DNA of 61,393 nt, filler included. It is 6 parts of 6 records of this genome, joined end to end, with 100 filler letters (N's around TTAATTAATTAA, not from the genome) between each part and the next. Parts side by side here need not be neighbours in the genome. Positions count along the whole stretch, not along the records: positions 1 to 5,712 come from DRR723986_11811; positions 5,813 to 21,129 come from DRR723986_11834; 4 more parts are not named here. One strand, given 5' to 3'. A program made the position numbers and the translations under genes. Below, in pieces: positions 1 through 8,864 of this stretch; the stretch's first letter is position 1, and each line of letters opens with the position of its first letter. Below the pieces are notes generated by a model, which was not told the origin of the DNA, made no database searches, and saw only the letters and a list, made by a program, of their open reading frames with translations.

Positions 1-122
1 AATACGTCGTTTCCAACTGAGGCGGTGCATCACTATCACTATACGGAGCTCAACCGTTTTTTTAACATACGGTCTGCTACTTGAGACCATACAGTCTATT
101 CAAACGCGACTTAAGTGCTCGA

Positions 123-1259
123 CTACTTGTTGATGTGAAACGAATTGTATAAAGTTATGAGTTCGTGGAGAGTGTTATTGAATTCTAATTTAGGGCTCTT
201 CTCATTTTTTTGAACTTTAACGATAGTTTCCCGAAGTGCTCGCGCAAGATCGTTTGCATTTTGACTCTGGAAAAGAATGGTTCTGTCTGGGCGTTCAACT
301 GAATCGCTAGCTATACACCACTTTCCCATTGCAAGTGCTTCTCGCACTGATACAGATGCACCATCATTTAGTGTAGGGCGCAAAAATATTTGCGCCCGTT
401 CTAATATGGGGACAAATTCCCCCTCGTGGTCGTCAATCAAGCAAACATTTGGTTGTAGCTCCTTTGCTTTTGATTGTATCTTTTCCCACAATTTCCCTTT
501 CCCAGCGGTTGCAAACACCAAGATTAAGCTTAGTCCTTTTTGCTCGGCCGCAACTATTTGAAATGCCTCCATCGCAACATCTGTCCCGTAAAGATCCATC
601 CCATTATAGGCAATAGCCTTAAAAGCATTGAAACAGATAACCAGCCTCGAATGATCTAAAACCTTTCTTATTCGAGGGTCGATCGCACCACTACGCTCTA
701 GCTTGGTAGGTGGGATAAATGCCGAAATTACTAGCGTAGTCAAATTTTCTAAACTCAAATTCGCATTCAAACTGTCCCGGACTCCATTGGAGACACAAAT
801 AACTTGATCTGCTCCTAGATATGCTCGACGTACTAGATAGCGTATGAAATTTCTACGAATGTTTCTTTCCGTACGAAAAGAGTGAACAGTAAGCATATAC
901 GGTTGATTTCGCAGGTTCGACCAGAGCCAAACTGCGACTGCCGCTTTCCAGTCTTTTTCGTCGGTATGATAGTGTAATACTTCATATCCTCGAATCAAAC
1001 TAATAGCAAAAGAAAAAACAGCGGATCGAACATGATTTATAGTAGAAATATTTCTATTTGAGTGACCAAAGCTCCAAGCAATATGATCTATGTTGCAATC
1101 AAGTAGCCCCAAGTGCAGACGCAAAAGATGTGCGCCAACACCTCCACGGGGTGGCGGAAAGTGTCCGAAGAGGCCTAAAAGTTTTTTTTCGTTCTTCTTC
1201 AGCACAGTATTGGGTAAGCAACGTAAAACAAACTGGATTCTGGAGATAATCGAAATCAA
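123..1259 (-). CDS. Glycosyltransferase, GT4 family
   Basis: N-terminal GHFPPPRGGVGAH motif and C-terminal IFLRPTLNDGASVSVREALAMG motif (GT-B/GT4 D/E-x7-E type); visibly more AT-rich than mraY/murF. Confidence 0.85.
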   Translation of the reverse strand: MISIISRIQFVLRCLPNTVLKKNEKKLLGLFGHFPPPRGGVGAHLLRLHLGLLDCNIDHIAWSFGHSNRNISTINHVRSAVFSFAISLIRGYEVLHYHTDEKDWKAAVAVWLWSNLRNQPYMLTVHSFRTERNIRRNFIRYLVRRAYLGADQVICVSNGVRDSLNANLSLENLTTLVISAFIPPTKLERSGAIDPRIRKVLDHSRLVICFNAFKAIAYNGMDLYGTDVAMEAFQIVAAEQKGLSLILVFATAGKGKLWEKIQSKAKELQPNVCLIDDHEGEFVPILERAQIFLRPTLNDGASVSVREALAMGKWCIASDSVERPDRTILFQSQNANDLARALRETIVKVQKNEKSPKLEFNNTLHELITLYNSFHINK

Positions 1260-1565
1260 GATGCTAGTTTAATTGTTCAAAAATAGCTGTTTTCTTGACT
1301 GGGCAAAAATTTCTTACTATTTGAAATACAACAGTCCCTTGTGAACATTGAGTATTAGATCCTAGGTATTCGCCAAGGTGCTCATCGATGGACGAAGTGG
1401 AGATCTGTGCGGGGTGTGTAACCGGAATGGGAGCCTCCGAGTACGTAATGCGTCGAAACTATGAATTCTCTCTGGGAGTAAGCAGAAAAAATTCGCAATC
1501 CGATGTTAAGTGAATATTTCACTATTGTAAGTAAAAAAACAATTTGTTTTGCACAATTTTTCCAA

Positions 1566-2850
1566 TTCTCTTCACCCCCAAACAGAAACAGCCAGCTAAA
1601 CTTGTTGCACTAACAATTCAATCTCATGGGGACTAAGATTGTCACTCTTCAAGTGACGTCTCTTCGGATTGTTTTATTAGTTGAAGTATGCGAAAATCTC
1701 CCAGCGCGTAGTGTAGACGCCTCTTCCGGCCTTCGTGTCACGTTTGTGTGACGCAATCAAGGACTTCTGAACAGCGTTGTCATAACAGTCTTATTGTCGG
1801 CTCATGCTGCGTTTGACGTCATTGGATTCCCGCTGACAGCACAACAAACAGGATTGAAGGTGCTGCCACGGGCAGAATGTACGGTGAGCCCTGGCTGTGG
1901 CTACCGATCGCTGATAACCATGCGCAGTGCTCAACAGACCATAATCTTATCATTTCGATCGCTTTTTTCCCATCCGACACTGCGCTTGCTCCAGGGATAT
2001 CTCACACATGTCAGGAAGAGCCAATGCTCGCGTGTGGCCAGTCAAGGTGTGTCAGTCGACTAAATTTGATCTGGTTTCTCAGCGACGAAACAGCACTGCA
2101 AGCAGTTCGGTGCTATTGAACTTTCGTGCCTGCCGCCAGTCGCCGTCCAGCGTTGGCACCGTTGTGGCTGTGACCTGCAATTCTCCCTCGTGTCGCGTCT
2201 GGTGTTCAACGCGTTTATGGCTGAACTGCAAAGCACGTGCACTTGAACCCACAGTGATGCGCGGTGAGCCATAATTGCCGCGCGGCTCATGCAAAATCTG
2301 GCGGATTGTCGATTGCAAGCCATTAGGGCCCTCATGTTCTGTGGCCTTGCGATGCCCGAAATATATGCTGACTCCCAGCAACAGGACACTGCAAAGTAGG
2401 TTGATCGGATAGTCTGATTGGCAGGCGCTGGACCAATCCGACCTTGATCGTCAAAGGTGTCAGACTTTCTTCAAGGCCTTTTTATTTATGTCTCGCTCCA
2501 TGTAGACGCGGTCTAACTAGCGCCGCAACTCCACGATTTTACACCGGTGTCGCTTAGCTTCGGTCAGCGGTTCGGAACGAAAGCCATTGCCAGGAATCGC
2601 ATTCTCAAGGCCTACAGGAAACTCCCGATGCCGTTATTGAAGGGGGACGAGCATAACAATTCAAGTGCCAAGTCTGCGACTTTACGATCCGAAGTTCCAA
2701 TCAGTCCGGCAGTTTCGATATTAAACTCTGAGTTTGAGCGGCGACCTTGCTTGCCGGGCATATACTTCTCTTGCATTCGATTTGTAACACATCAACAAGC
2801 TAATCTGACTCTCCCACATTTGAGAGTCAAACGAGTTCGTGAAGTGTGCT
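1566..2850 (-). mobile_element. Highly degenerate IS3-family element (OrfA and OrfB pseudogenes); ends approximate
   Basis: Manual minus-strand translation. OrfA from ATG 2761: MPGKQGRRSNSEFNIETAGLI...IPGNG...ELRR*LDRVYMERDINKKAL. OrfB: DYPINLLCSVL...IRQILHEPRGNYGSPRIT...SHKRVE; FVAEKPDQI*STDTP*LATREHWLFL...VGW...ALRMVI...PGLTVHSARGS; SMSRQ*DCYDNAVQKSL; EIFAY...NPKRRH...LSPHEIE. All are collinear with IS3 HTH/rve consensus motifs. Confidence 0.85.
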
Positions 2851-2873
2851 ACAAAACGCCACTCTTTGTCGGA

Positions 2874-4004
2874 TTAGCGAATCTTGAAGGTCGCCATAGT
2901 AATGATGGCAAGCAATGTTGCGATGATATAAAAACGAGTGACAATCTTCGATTCTGGAATCCCACACTTCTCAAAGTGATGATGAATAGGTGTCATGCGG
3001 AAAATGCGACGGCCCTCACCATACTTCTTCTTGGTGTACTTGAAGTAAAGTACCTGAACAATTACACTCACTGTCTCAGCAAAGAATATTCCGCCTACAA
3101 CGGGCAACAAAAATTCCTTCTTGACCAATACACAGAGGCCGCCAATCGCGCCACCCAAAGCCATTGAGCCTGTGTCGCCCATGAAAATTTGAGCCGGATA
3201 GGCATTAAACCACAAGAAACCCAATGCTGCGCCACATAGAGCTGCACAGAAAATGCTCAGCTCGTCACTGCCCGGGAGAAAGATAATGTTAAGATAATCA
3301 GCGAACTTGGCGTTACCGGAAACATAACAGATCAGGCCCAGAGCAAAAGTGGATATTCCAACAGTGCCAATTGAAAGACCGTCAAGTCCATCTGTGAGGT
3401 TCACCGCATTTGAGGTTGCCGTAATCACAAACACAACTACCGGAATGTAGAGAACCCCAAAATCAAAGTTCAAATCCTTTTCAAAAGGAATAGTGGTTAG
3501 AGTCTTAACAGAGTCAAAATTTTCCCCAAACCACTCAGGCATAAAATATATTGTGCAGCCAAGTATAAGGCCGATTGTTAACTGACCAAACAACTTATAA
3601 CGCGCAATCAGGCCTTTAGGCATCTTCTTGATTACTTTGCGGTAGTCGTCTGCAAAGCCTACTACGCCCATCCACGCTGTGACCAACACAATCATGATCA
3701 CGTAGAAATTCGCAATGTCCGCCCACAGAATTGTAGGAATCAAGAGCGCCGCCAGGATTATCAACCCGCCCATGGTAGGCGTGCCTGCCTTGCTGATGTG
3801 AGTCCCAGTTTGTGCGAGCTCCGGCTTAGCCTGTTCGCCAATCTGCTGCGAACGCAACTTGTTAATGATTTTTGGCCCAATAAACAGACCAATAATTAAC
3901 GCGGTTACGGCCGCTGCTGCCACACGAAATGTGACGAACTGAAAGACGCTGATGCCCGGGAGCTGAAATTGCTCCTCCAGGAAAAGGCCAAAGTAATACA
4001 GCAT
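2874..4004 (-). CDS. mraY: Phospho-N-acetylmuramoyl-pentapeptide transferase MraY
   Basis: KAGTPTMGG, DDY, NAVNLTDGLDGL, FMGDTGS and PIHHHFE motifs. Confidence 0.98.
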   Translation of the reverse strand: MLYYFGLFLEEQFQLPGISVFQFVTFRVAAAAVTALIIGLFIGPKIINKLRSQQIGEQAKPELAQTGTHISKAGTPTMGGLIILAALLIPTILWADIANFYVIMIVLVTAWMGVVGFADDYRKVIKKMPKGLIARYKLFGQLTIGLILGCTIYFMPEWFGENFDSVKTLTTIPFEKDLNFDFGVLYIPVVVFVITATSNAVNLTDGLDGLSIGTVGISTFALGLICYVSGNAKFADYLNIIFLPGSDELSIFCAALCGAALGFLWFNAYPAQIFMGDTGSMALGGAIGGLCVLVKKEFLLPVVGGIFFAETVSVIVQVLYFKYTKKKYGEGRRIFRMTPIHHHFEKCGIPESKIVTRFYIIATLLAIITMATFKIR

Positions 4005-4017
4005 ATGCCTGCCAATT

Positions 4018-5439
4018 CTAGATTGAACCGGAATGGGGCCACGTCATGCGTAGCTTCGTTAATAATTTTTCCATTGAGAGCCCGCGCGAGCCCTTAACCA
4101 GCAGCACATCACCGGAGTGGAGCATGCCCTCTAGAACCAGCGCAGCTTCCTCGGCACTTGCACAAGCCTGCATCTTAGGGAAATTACCCCCATCAAGTGC
4201 ATCGCTAAAAGCAGGGCCAACCAAAATCGAGTGTTGCTCCGGGTAGTCCGCTGCAATATGTGCAAGTAGAGTCTGGTGTTCCGCCTGCTCATGAGTGCCC
4301 AGTTCGCGCATGTCACCCAGAGCGGCAAATACACGACCCGTGCGCGGCATGCAGTTCAGCGTCTCCAGGGCTGCACGCATGGAAGCTGGATGTGCATTGT
4401 AACTGTCGTTTAGAACGGTGACACCACCAAGGTCTTCGAGGCGCATGCGCGCATAGTCACCACCAGATGCGGGTTCGTAGGCGCCAAGCGCAATGCAAAT
4501 TTGTTTAAGTGGGATTTTGAGCGTGACTCCAACTGCAATCGCCGAAATCGCATTTAACCCGGCAACTCTGCCGGTTAACCTCAACGGCAATGCCTGCTTT
4601 CCAGAGGATGTGTTAATCTGCAACTGGGGCTGAACATCGGAGTTTAGGGCAAGCTTAATAGAAATTTCTGCGTCGTCTGTCTGTCCATATGTGCATGCTC
4701 GCGGTCTGTTGCGCTGCCGCATCAAGCGCTCATCATCCAGGTTAACCAGGGGAGTGCCATCATTTGCTTCCAGCCAGTCAAACAAAGCCAATTCTTCGCG
4801 CTCAACGCCATCAATGTCGATCAGTTTTTCGAGGTGTTCCTTGGCAATGCAGGTAATCAGTCCGTGTGTTGGTGCACAAATACGCGCAAGTTCAGCAATC
4901 TCTCCAGGCTCGTTGGTCCCAATCTCGATCACGGCCGCCTGATGTGAACTGTTGAGTTGTAAAAGTGTGAGTGGCACACCTACCCGATTGTTGTAATTCC
5001 CCTCAGTAAGCAAGGTGGTAAACTGACTTTGCAGTACCGCAGCGCAGAGATCCTTCGTAGTTGTTTTACCAGCTGAGCCGGCCACGGCTACGAGCGGAAT
5101 CTCAAACTGCCGCCGATGTGCCAGTGCTAAACTTCCAAGCGCGCGCAAGGAGTCGTCTACCAGAATCAAGGGAATACGCTGCGCCAATGGGGCCCAATCG
5201 GAGCGAGCACTGCGGTTGACCAGAAGTGCACCTGCGCCGGCCACGACAGCAACATCCAGGTAGTCGTGCGCATCAAATCGCTCGCCCTTAAGTGCCACAA
5301 AAAGTGCGCCAGGCTTGATTGTACGTGTATCGCTGGATATCCCGACCAAGGTAAGTTCTGCGGGCATACCACAAAACTCAGCGTCGTCCAGGGCCGTGGC
5401 GAGGACGCGATAAGAAAACTCTGCGTTGTTTGTGAGCAT
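4018..5439 (-). CDS. murF: UDP-MurNAc-tripeptide:D-Ala-D-Ala ligase MurF (start placed at ATG 5439 rather than 5541)
   Basis: SSDTR, LFVALKGERFDAH, GSAGKTTTK P-loop, NDSYNA, LGDMRELG and VLLVKGSRG motifs; directly upstream of mraY. Confidence 0.95.
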   Translation of the reverse strand: MLTNNAEFSYRVLATALDDAEFCGMPAELTLVGISSDTRTIKPGALFVALKGERFDAHDYLDVAVVAGAGALLVNRSARSDWAPLAQRIPLILVDDSLRALGSLALAHRRQFEIPLVAVAGSAGKTTTKDLCAAVLQSQFTTLLTEGNYNNRVGVPLTLLQLNSSHQAAVIEIGTNEPGEIAELARICAPTHGLITCIAKEHLEKLIDIDGVEREELALFDWLEANDGTPLVNLDDERLMRQRNRPRACTYGQTDDAEISIKLALNSDVQPQLQINTSSGKQALPLRLTGRVAGLNAISAIAVGVTLKIPLKQICIALGAYEPASGGDYARMRLEDLGGVTVLNDSYNAHPASMRAALETLNCMPRTGRVFAALGDMRELGTHEQAEHQTLLAHIAADYPEQHSILVGPAFSDALDGGNFPKMQACASAEEAALVLEGMLHSGDVLLVKGSRGLSMEKLLTKLRMTWPHSGSI

Positions 5440-5712
5440 GGGGAAGAAAGGAATCGCTCGTGAAGCTCTTGCTGCTGTGGCGCGGACGCCAGGATAAAGA
5501 TACGTCAAATTAAGGGACAGGCAAAAAGTGATCCAATGCATGTGGTTTTTGGGCTGAATCTTTCAGCTCTGTACAAATCGGGTATGTGTTCTACGCCGGC
5601 CGGTGATTTCCGGGCATTTCAATTCAGAACTAACACTTGCGGTGTTTTAGGCTAAAAGTTAAGTCATCGCTTCGCCTCCCTTCTGCTGACGCAGTGCGGT
5701 TGGGCTTACTCT

Positions 5713-5812
5713 NNNNNNNNNNNNNNNNNNNNNNNNNNNNNNNNNNNNNNNNNNNNTTAATTAATTAANNNNNNNNNNNNNNNNNNNNNNNNNNNNNNNN
5801 NNNNNNNNNNNN
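5713..5812. other. Artificial contig spacer (N44-TTAATTAATTAA-N44)
   Basis: N runs flanking a six-frame stop linker. Confidence 0.99.
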
Positions 5813-5835
5813 GGTCGAGCCCTTAGGGCTCGACC
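5813..5835. repeat. REP-like perfect palindrome GGTCGAGCCC-TTA-GGGCTCGACC at the contig start
   Basis: 10-bp perfect inverted arms with a 3-nt loop. Confidence 0.6.
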
Positions 5836-6087
5836 CGGTTGATTTTTGATTTGAAATTGAGCGAATTCCGCATAACATTCAGCCTCAATGCCTGGAAATC
5901 TTGTGACTCGGTCAATGCGTAATCTGCCGGATGATTCTGCAGTCTCAAAGACTAAGTCTCTGAGTCTTAAGACCCAAATTCTCAACCGCCAGCCCCATGT
6001 AATTGAGAATTACGGTTCAATGCTTAACAAAAAGATCAAGCAGCCTGAGGACAGAGCAGAGCGATGGACTCAAAGCTCAAGATAAAT

Positions 6088-6135
6088 GTTTAGTCACAAG
6101 TTTAGTCACAAGGTTAGTCACAAGGTTAGTCCAAA
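6088..6135 (+). repeat. 12-bp tandem repeat (G[T/G]TTAGTCACAA, about 4 copies, last one degenerate)
   Basis: gtttagtcacaa gtttagtcacaa ggttagtcacaa ggttagtccaaa. Confidence 0.9.
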
Positions 6136-6161
6136 ATTACCAGCTCAACCAAATCGAATAC

Positions 6162-7304
6162 TCAGCTGGAACGGCGCAGCTTGGTCAACATGTTAATAAT
6201 ATCCAACTTGCGTAGTGGGTCTTCGACAAAACGGTAACAAAGGCCGCCAACAACTGCCATGCTCAGAATATAGACTGCAAATATAGCCAGCCGTAAGGGC
6301 AGGGCGGAATCACTGAAGTCCTGCACGGGAAGTACACTCACCAGCACAAAAATTGTTAAAGCATGAGTGATATACAGCGAGTAGGAGCGGCGGCCCCAAT
6401 ACTGAAACCAGGGGCGTTCAAAGAGGCGCGCGGCGATTCCGCGTTCGAATGCCAGACCAAAGAGAAAAAATCCAAACAGCGGAACGAGCCAGTAGCCGGC
6501 CACGCCCAGGAGCTCCATGCTAAATCCGGCCAGCAGCGCCGTCACAAACAAGATAGGAGTTAACAAGTCCCAGCGCCAATGCTGTAGTATACCGGAGCGG
6601 AAGACGTGAAAAAGTAAACATCCGGCCGTGAATTCAGTGACGAGGCGCACCATGAAGTCGTAACCCCAAACGTCGGCATAAACCATCCAGTGGCAGCTGA
6701 CGGCCATAACGATTAACAAAACAATTGCCGCCAGGAGCGCGCTACGTGGACCTTTAACACGCCAGAGCGCCACACTCAGAATAGGGAATGTTAAGTAGGC
6801 CAGCCATTCGCTGCTGAGTGACCAGGCGGGGTAGTTCCACGAGAATTCCATCGGCAGAATCCAGGCCTGCACCAAAAGTACATTTGTGAACAGGTCAAAC
6901 GTATCGCTGCCACGCAGAATTCCGGGATCGCTCCCGCTCCAATGCGCTACGCCCGCCAGTAGAAGCAACAGCAGAACTGTAATAATGTGGAGCGGGTAAA
7001 TGCGCCACCAGCGTTTGAGGACAAAGTTGCGATAGTTTTTTCCACCCGCCTGCGCCGTTGTTTGCATCTCGAATGCATACCGATAGCTGAGCAAAAAACC
7101 GCTGAGAATAAAGAATAGATCCACGCGCATGTGTCCGGAGCCGATAATCGGAGCCAGCCATGTAGAGACTTCGGGTAGAAGTGACAGGAGGTGCGATTTG
7201 GCGTGGAAGAGCACAACCCACCAGGCAATAAAGGCACGTACACCTGTTAATGCCAGAATCGGCCGCGGTTTGGGCATTGTAAACATGGCCGCAAAACTAG
7301 ACAT
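6162..7304 (-). CDS. Acyltransferase family 3 (OafA-like membrane O-acyltransferase)
   Basis: LTGVRAFIAWWVVLFH, VDLFFILSGF, RWWRIYPLH, WSLSSEWLAY, SYSLYITH and YRFVEDP motifs. Confidence 0.9.
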   Translation of the reverse strand: MSSFAAMFTMPKPRPILALTGVRAFIAWWVVLFHAKSHLLSLLPEVSTWLAPIIGSGHMRVDLFFILSGFLLSYRYAFEMQTTAQAGGKNYRNFVLKRWWRIYPLHIITVLLLLLLAGVAHWSGSDPGILRGSDTFDLFTNVLLVQAWILPMEFSWNYPAWSLSSEWLAYLTFPILSVALWRVKGPRSALLAAIVLLIVMAVSCHWMVYADVWGYDFMVRLVTEFTAGCLLFHVFRSGILQHWRWDLLTPILFVTALLAGFSMELLGVAGYWLVPLFGFFLFGLAFERGIAARLFERPWFQYWGRRSYSLYITHALTIFVLVSVLPVQDFSDSALPLRLAIFAVYILSMAVVGGLCYRFVEDPLRKLDIINMLTKLRRSS

Positions 7305-7573
7305 TGCGGGTGATGCGCTCCAAATGTGGAGCTAATTTGTGCATCTGGAAGGCGCGCGTGCCTGTGGATGCGTGAGCTATACAGTTTGTACGGTAGATGC
7401 ATGTTTTGCTGTTGGCTGCCGCCGTACTTTTTGGAGTGCAGCGCTTGCCGGTTTTGATGTCTACTTGTTTGCCGATTGCTTTTTTGCCGATTGTTAGAAT
7501 TCGCCGTAGTTTGCGAGTCTCCAAATCAATTCTCCCTTTCTCCTTTGTTTCATTTCGCACCGAGAGGGAATCT

Positions 7574-8701
7574 ATGTGTGTTATGCCTGTGTTCAAATGG
7601 CCGGCCATTGCCGCATTTTGTGTTCTGACCGCCTGTACGGGAACGCGTGAAGAAGTCCACGACGCTACCGATGCCGATACGCTTGCTGCCGAGCAGCCGA
7701 CAACTGAGCATGCAGGGCATGCCGCCGACCGTGTAAAACCACGGGTGGTGACAGAAGCGGCACTGTATGACACCGACGATCCGGCCATCTGGATCAATCC
7801 AAAAGATGCTTCCCAAAGCCTGATTCTGGGGACTGACAAGGATTCGATTGGTGCCTTGCTGGTGTACAACCTCAAGGGTGAGATTCAGCAAGACCTGTGT
7901 GTGCGTGATGTGCGCCGGCCAAACAACGTTGATGTAGAATACGGACTGCAACTGGGTGGTAAGTCAGTTGATATTGCCGTTTTTACAGAGCGTCTGACAA
8001 AGTCGATCCGTATTTTCAGCGTGCCGGACATGCAGCCGATTGACGGTGGCGGCATCGAAGTTTTTGTAGGTGATTCGCTGCAGGCTCCGATGGGCGTGGC
8101 GCTCTACAAACGCCCGAGCGACGGTGCGATTTTCGCGATTGTTGGACGTAAGGAAGGCAAAAGCGGCAGTTATCTGTGGCAGTATCAGCTGATGGATGAC
8201 GGCAAGGGGCAGGTCACAGCCAATAAAGTGCGCGCATTTGGCGGCTTTAGCGGCAAAAACGAGATCGAGGCCATTGTAGTTGACGACCAGCTGGAATACG
8301 TCTATTACTCGGACGAAGGCCACGGCATCCGCAAATACTACGCCGACCCCGACAAGAGCAATGAAGAATTGGCTGTTTTCGGTATGGACGGATTTACCGA
8401 GGACCAGGAAGGAATTTCGATTTACAACCTGACCGACGACACCGGCTATATCATTGTCTCCGACCAGCAGGCGAATGCCTTCCGCATTTTCCCACGCGAA
8501 GGTACGGCCGACAATCCAAATGACCATCCACTGCTCAAGGTTGTAAATGCCTCAACTAATGAGAGTGATGGTTCGGAAGCCAGCTCAGTCAACTTTGGTC
8601 CTGAGTTTCCGCATGGTCTGTTTGTGGCGATGTCAGACGACCGCACATTTCAGATTTACGCCTGGGAAGACATTGCCGGTAAGGAACTGAAAATGCGCTG
8701 A
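7574..8701 (+). CDS. Beta-propeller phytase (3-phytase), predicted lipoprotein
   Basis: DTDDPAIWI, LGTDK, NNVDV, EIEAIVVDD, DQEGISIY and ESDG motifs; LTAC lipobox after ATG 7574, with GAGAGGG upstream. Confidence 0.9.
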   Translation: MCVMPVFKWPAIAAFCVLTACTGTREEVHDATDADTLAAEQPTTEHAGHAADRVKPRVVTEAALYDTDDPAIWINPKDASQSLILGTDKDSIGALLVYNLKGEIQQDLCVRDVRRPNNVDVEYGLQLGGKSVDIAVFTERLTKSIRIFSVPDMQPIDGGGIEVFVGDSLQAPMGVALYKRPSDGAIFAIVGRKEGKSGSYLWQYQLMDDGKGQVTANKVRAFGGFSGKNEIEAIVVDDQLEYVYYSDEGHGIRKYYADPDKSNEELAVFGMDGFTEDQEGISIYNLTDDTGYIIVSDQQANAFRIFPREGTADNPNDHPLLKVVNASTNESDGSEASSVNFGPEFPHGLFVAMSDDRTFQIYAWEDIAGKELKMR

Positions 8702-8734
8702 CAGAATTCGGCGGCAATAATGTGTATCTTTTTG

Positions 8735-8760
8735 AAGGCCCCTCGCGTAGGGGCTTTTTT
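8735..8760 (+). terminator. Rho-independent terminator after the phytase gene
   Basis: GCCCC-TCGCGTA-GGGGC hairpin followed by a T-run. Confidence 0.7.
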
Positions 8761-8864
8761 GTTTGTACGCTCTGCATAGATGTGAGGGGTAGAGTGTATG
8801 AACCTGAATTGTAGTTGGGTGTACCATCACGGTCCGACTACGTTCACAATCCAAAACTGTTTTT

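Noticed and set aside
1..84. Possible 3' end of a plus-strand gene (NTSFPTEAVHHY...SAT*)
   Set aside because: Too short, with no recognisable motif
1260..1560. Possible ncRNA upstream of the glycosyltransferase
   Set aside because: No recognisable structure or motif by eye; would need an Rfam scan
2806..2829. Hairpin TGACTCTC-N8-GAGAGTCA after mraY as a terminator
   Set aside because: No U-tract, and it lies at the decayed IS3 end, so its role cannot be assigned
2547..3167. 206-aa plus-strand ORF
   Set aside because: Antisense to mraY and the IS3 fossil; no protein motifs
5757..5768. TTAATTAATTAA recurring five times within N runs
   Set aside because: Artificial six-frame stop linker used to join contigs; not biological
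6088..6135. Tandem repeat as a CRISPR array
   Set aside because: 12-bp units with no spacers and no cas genes
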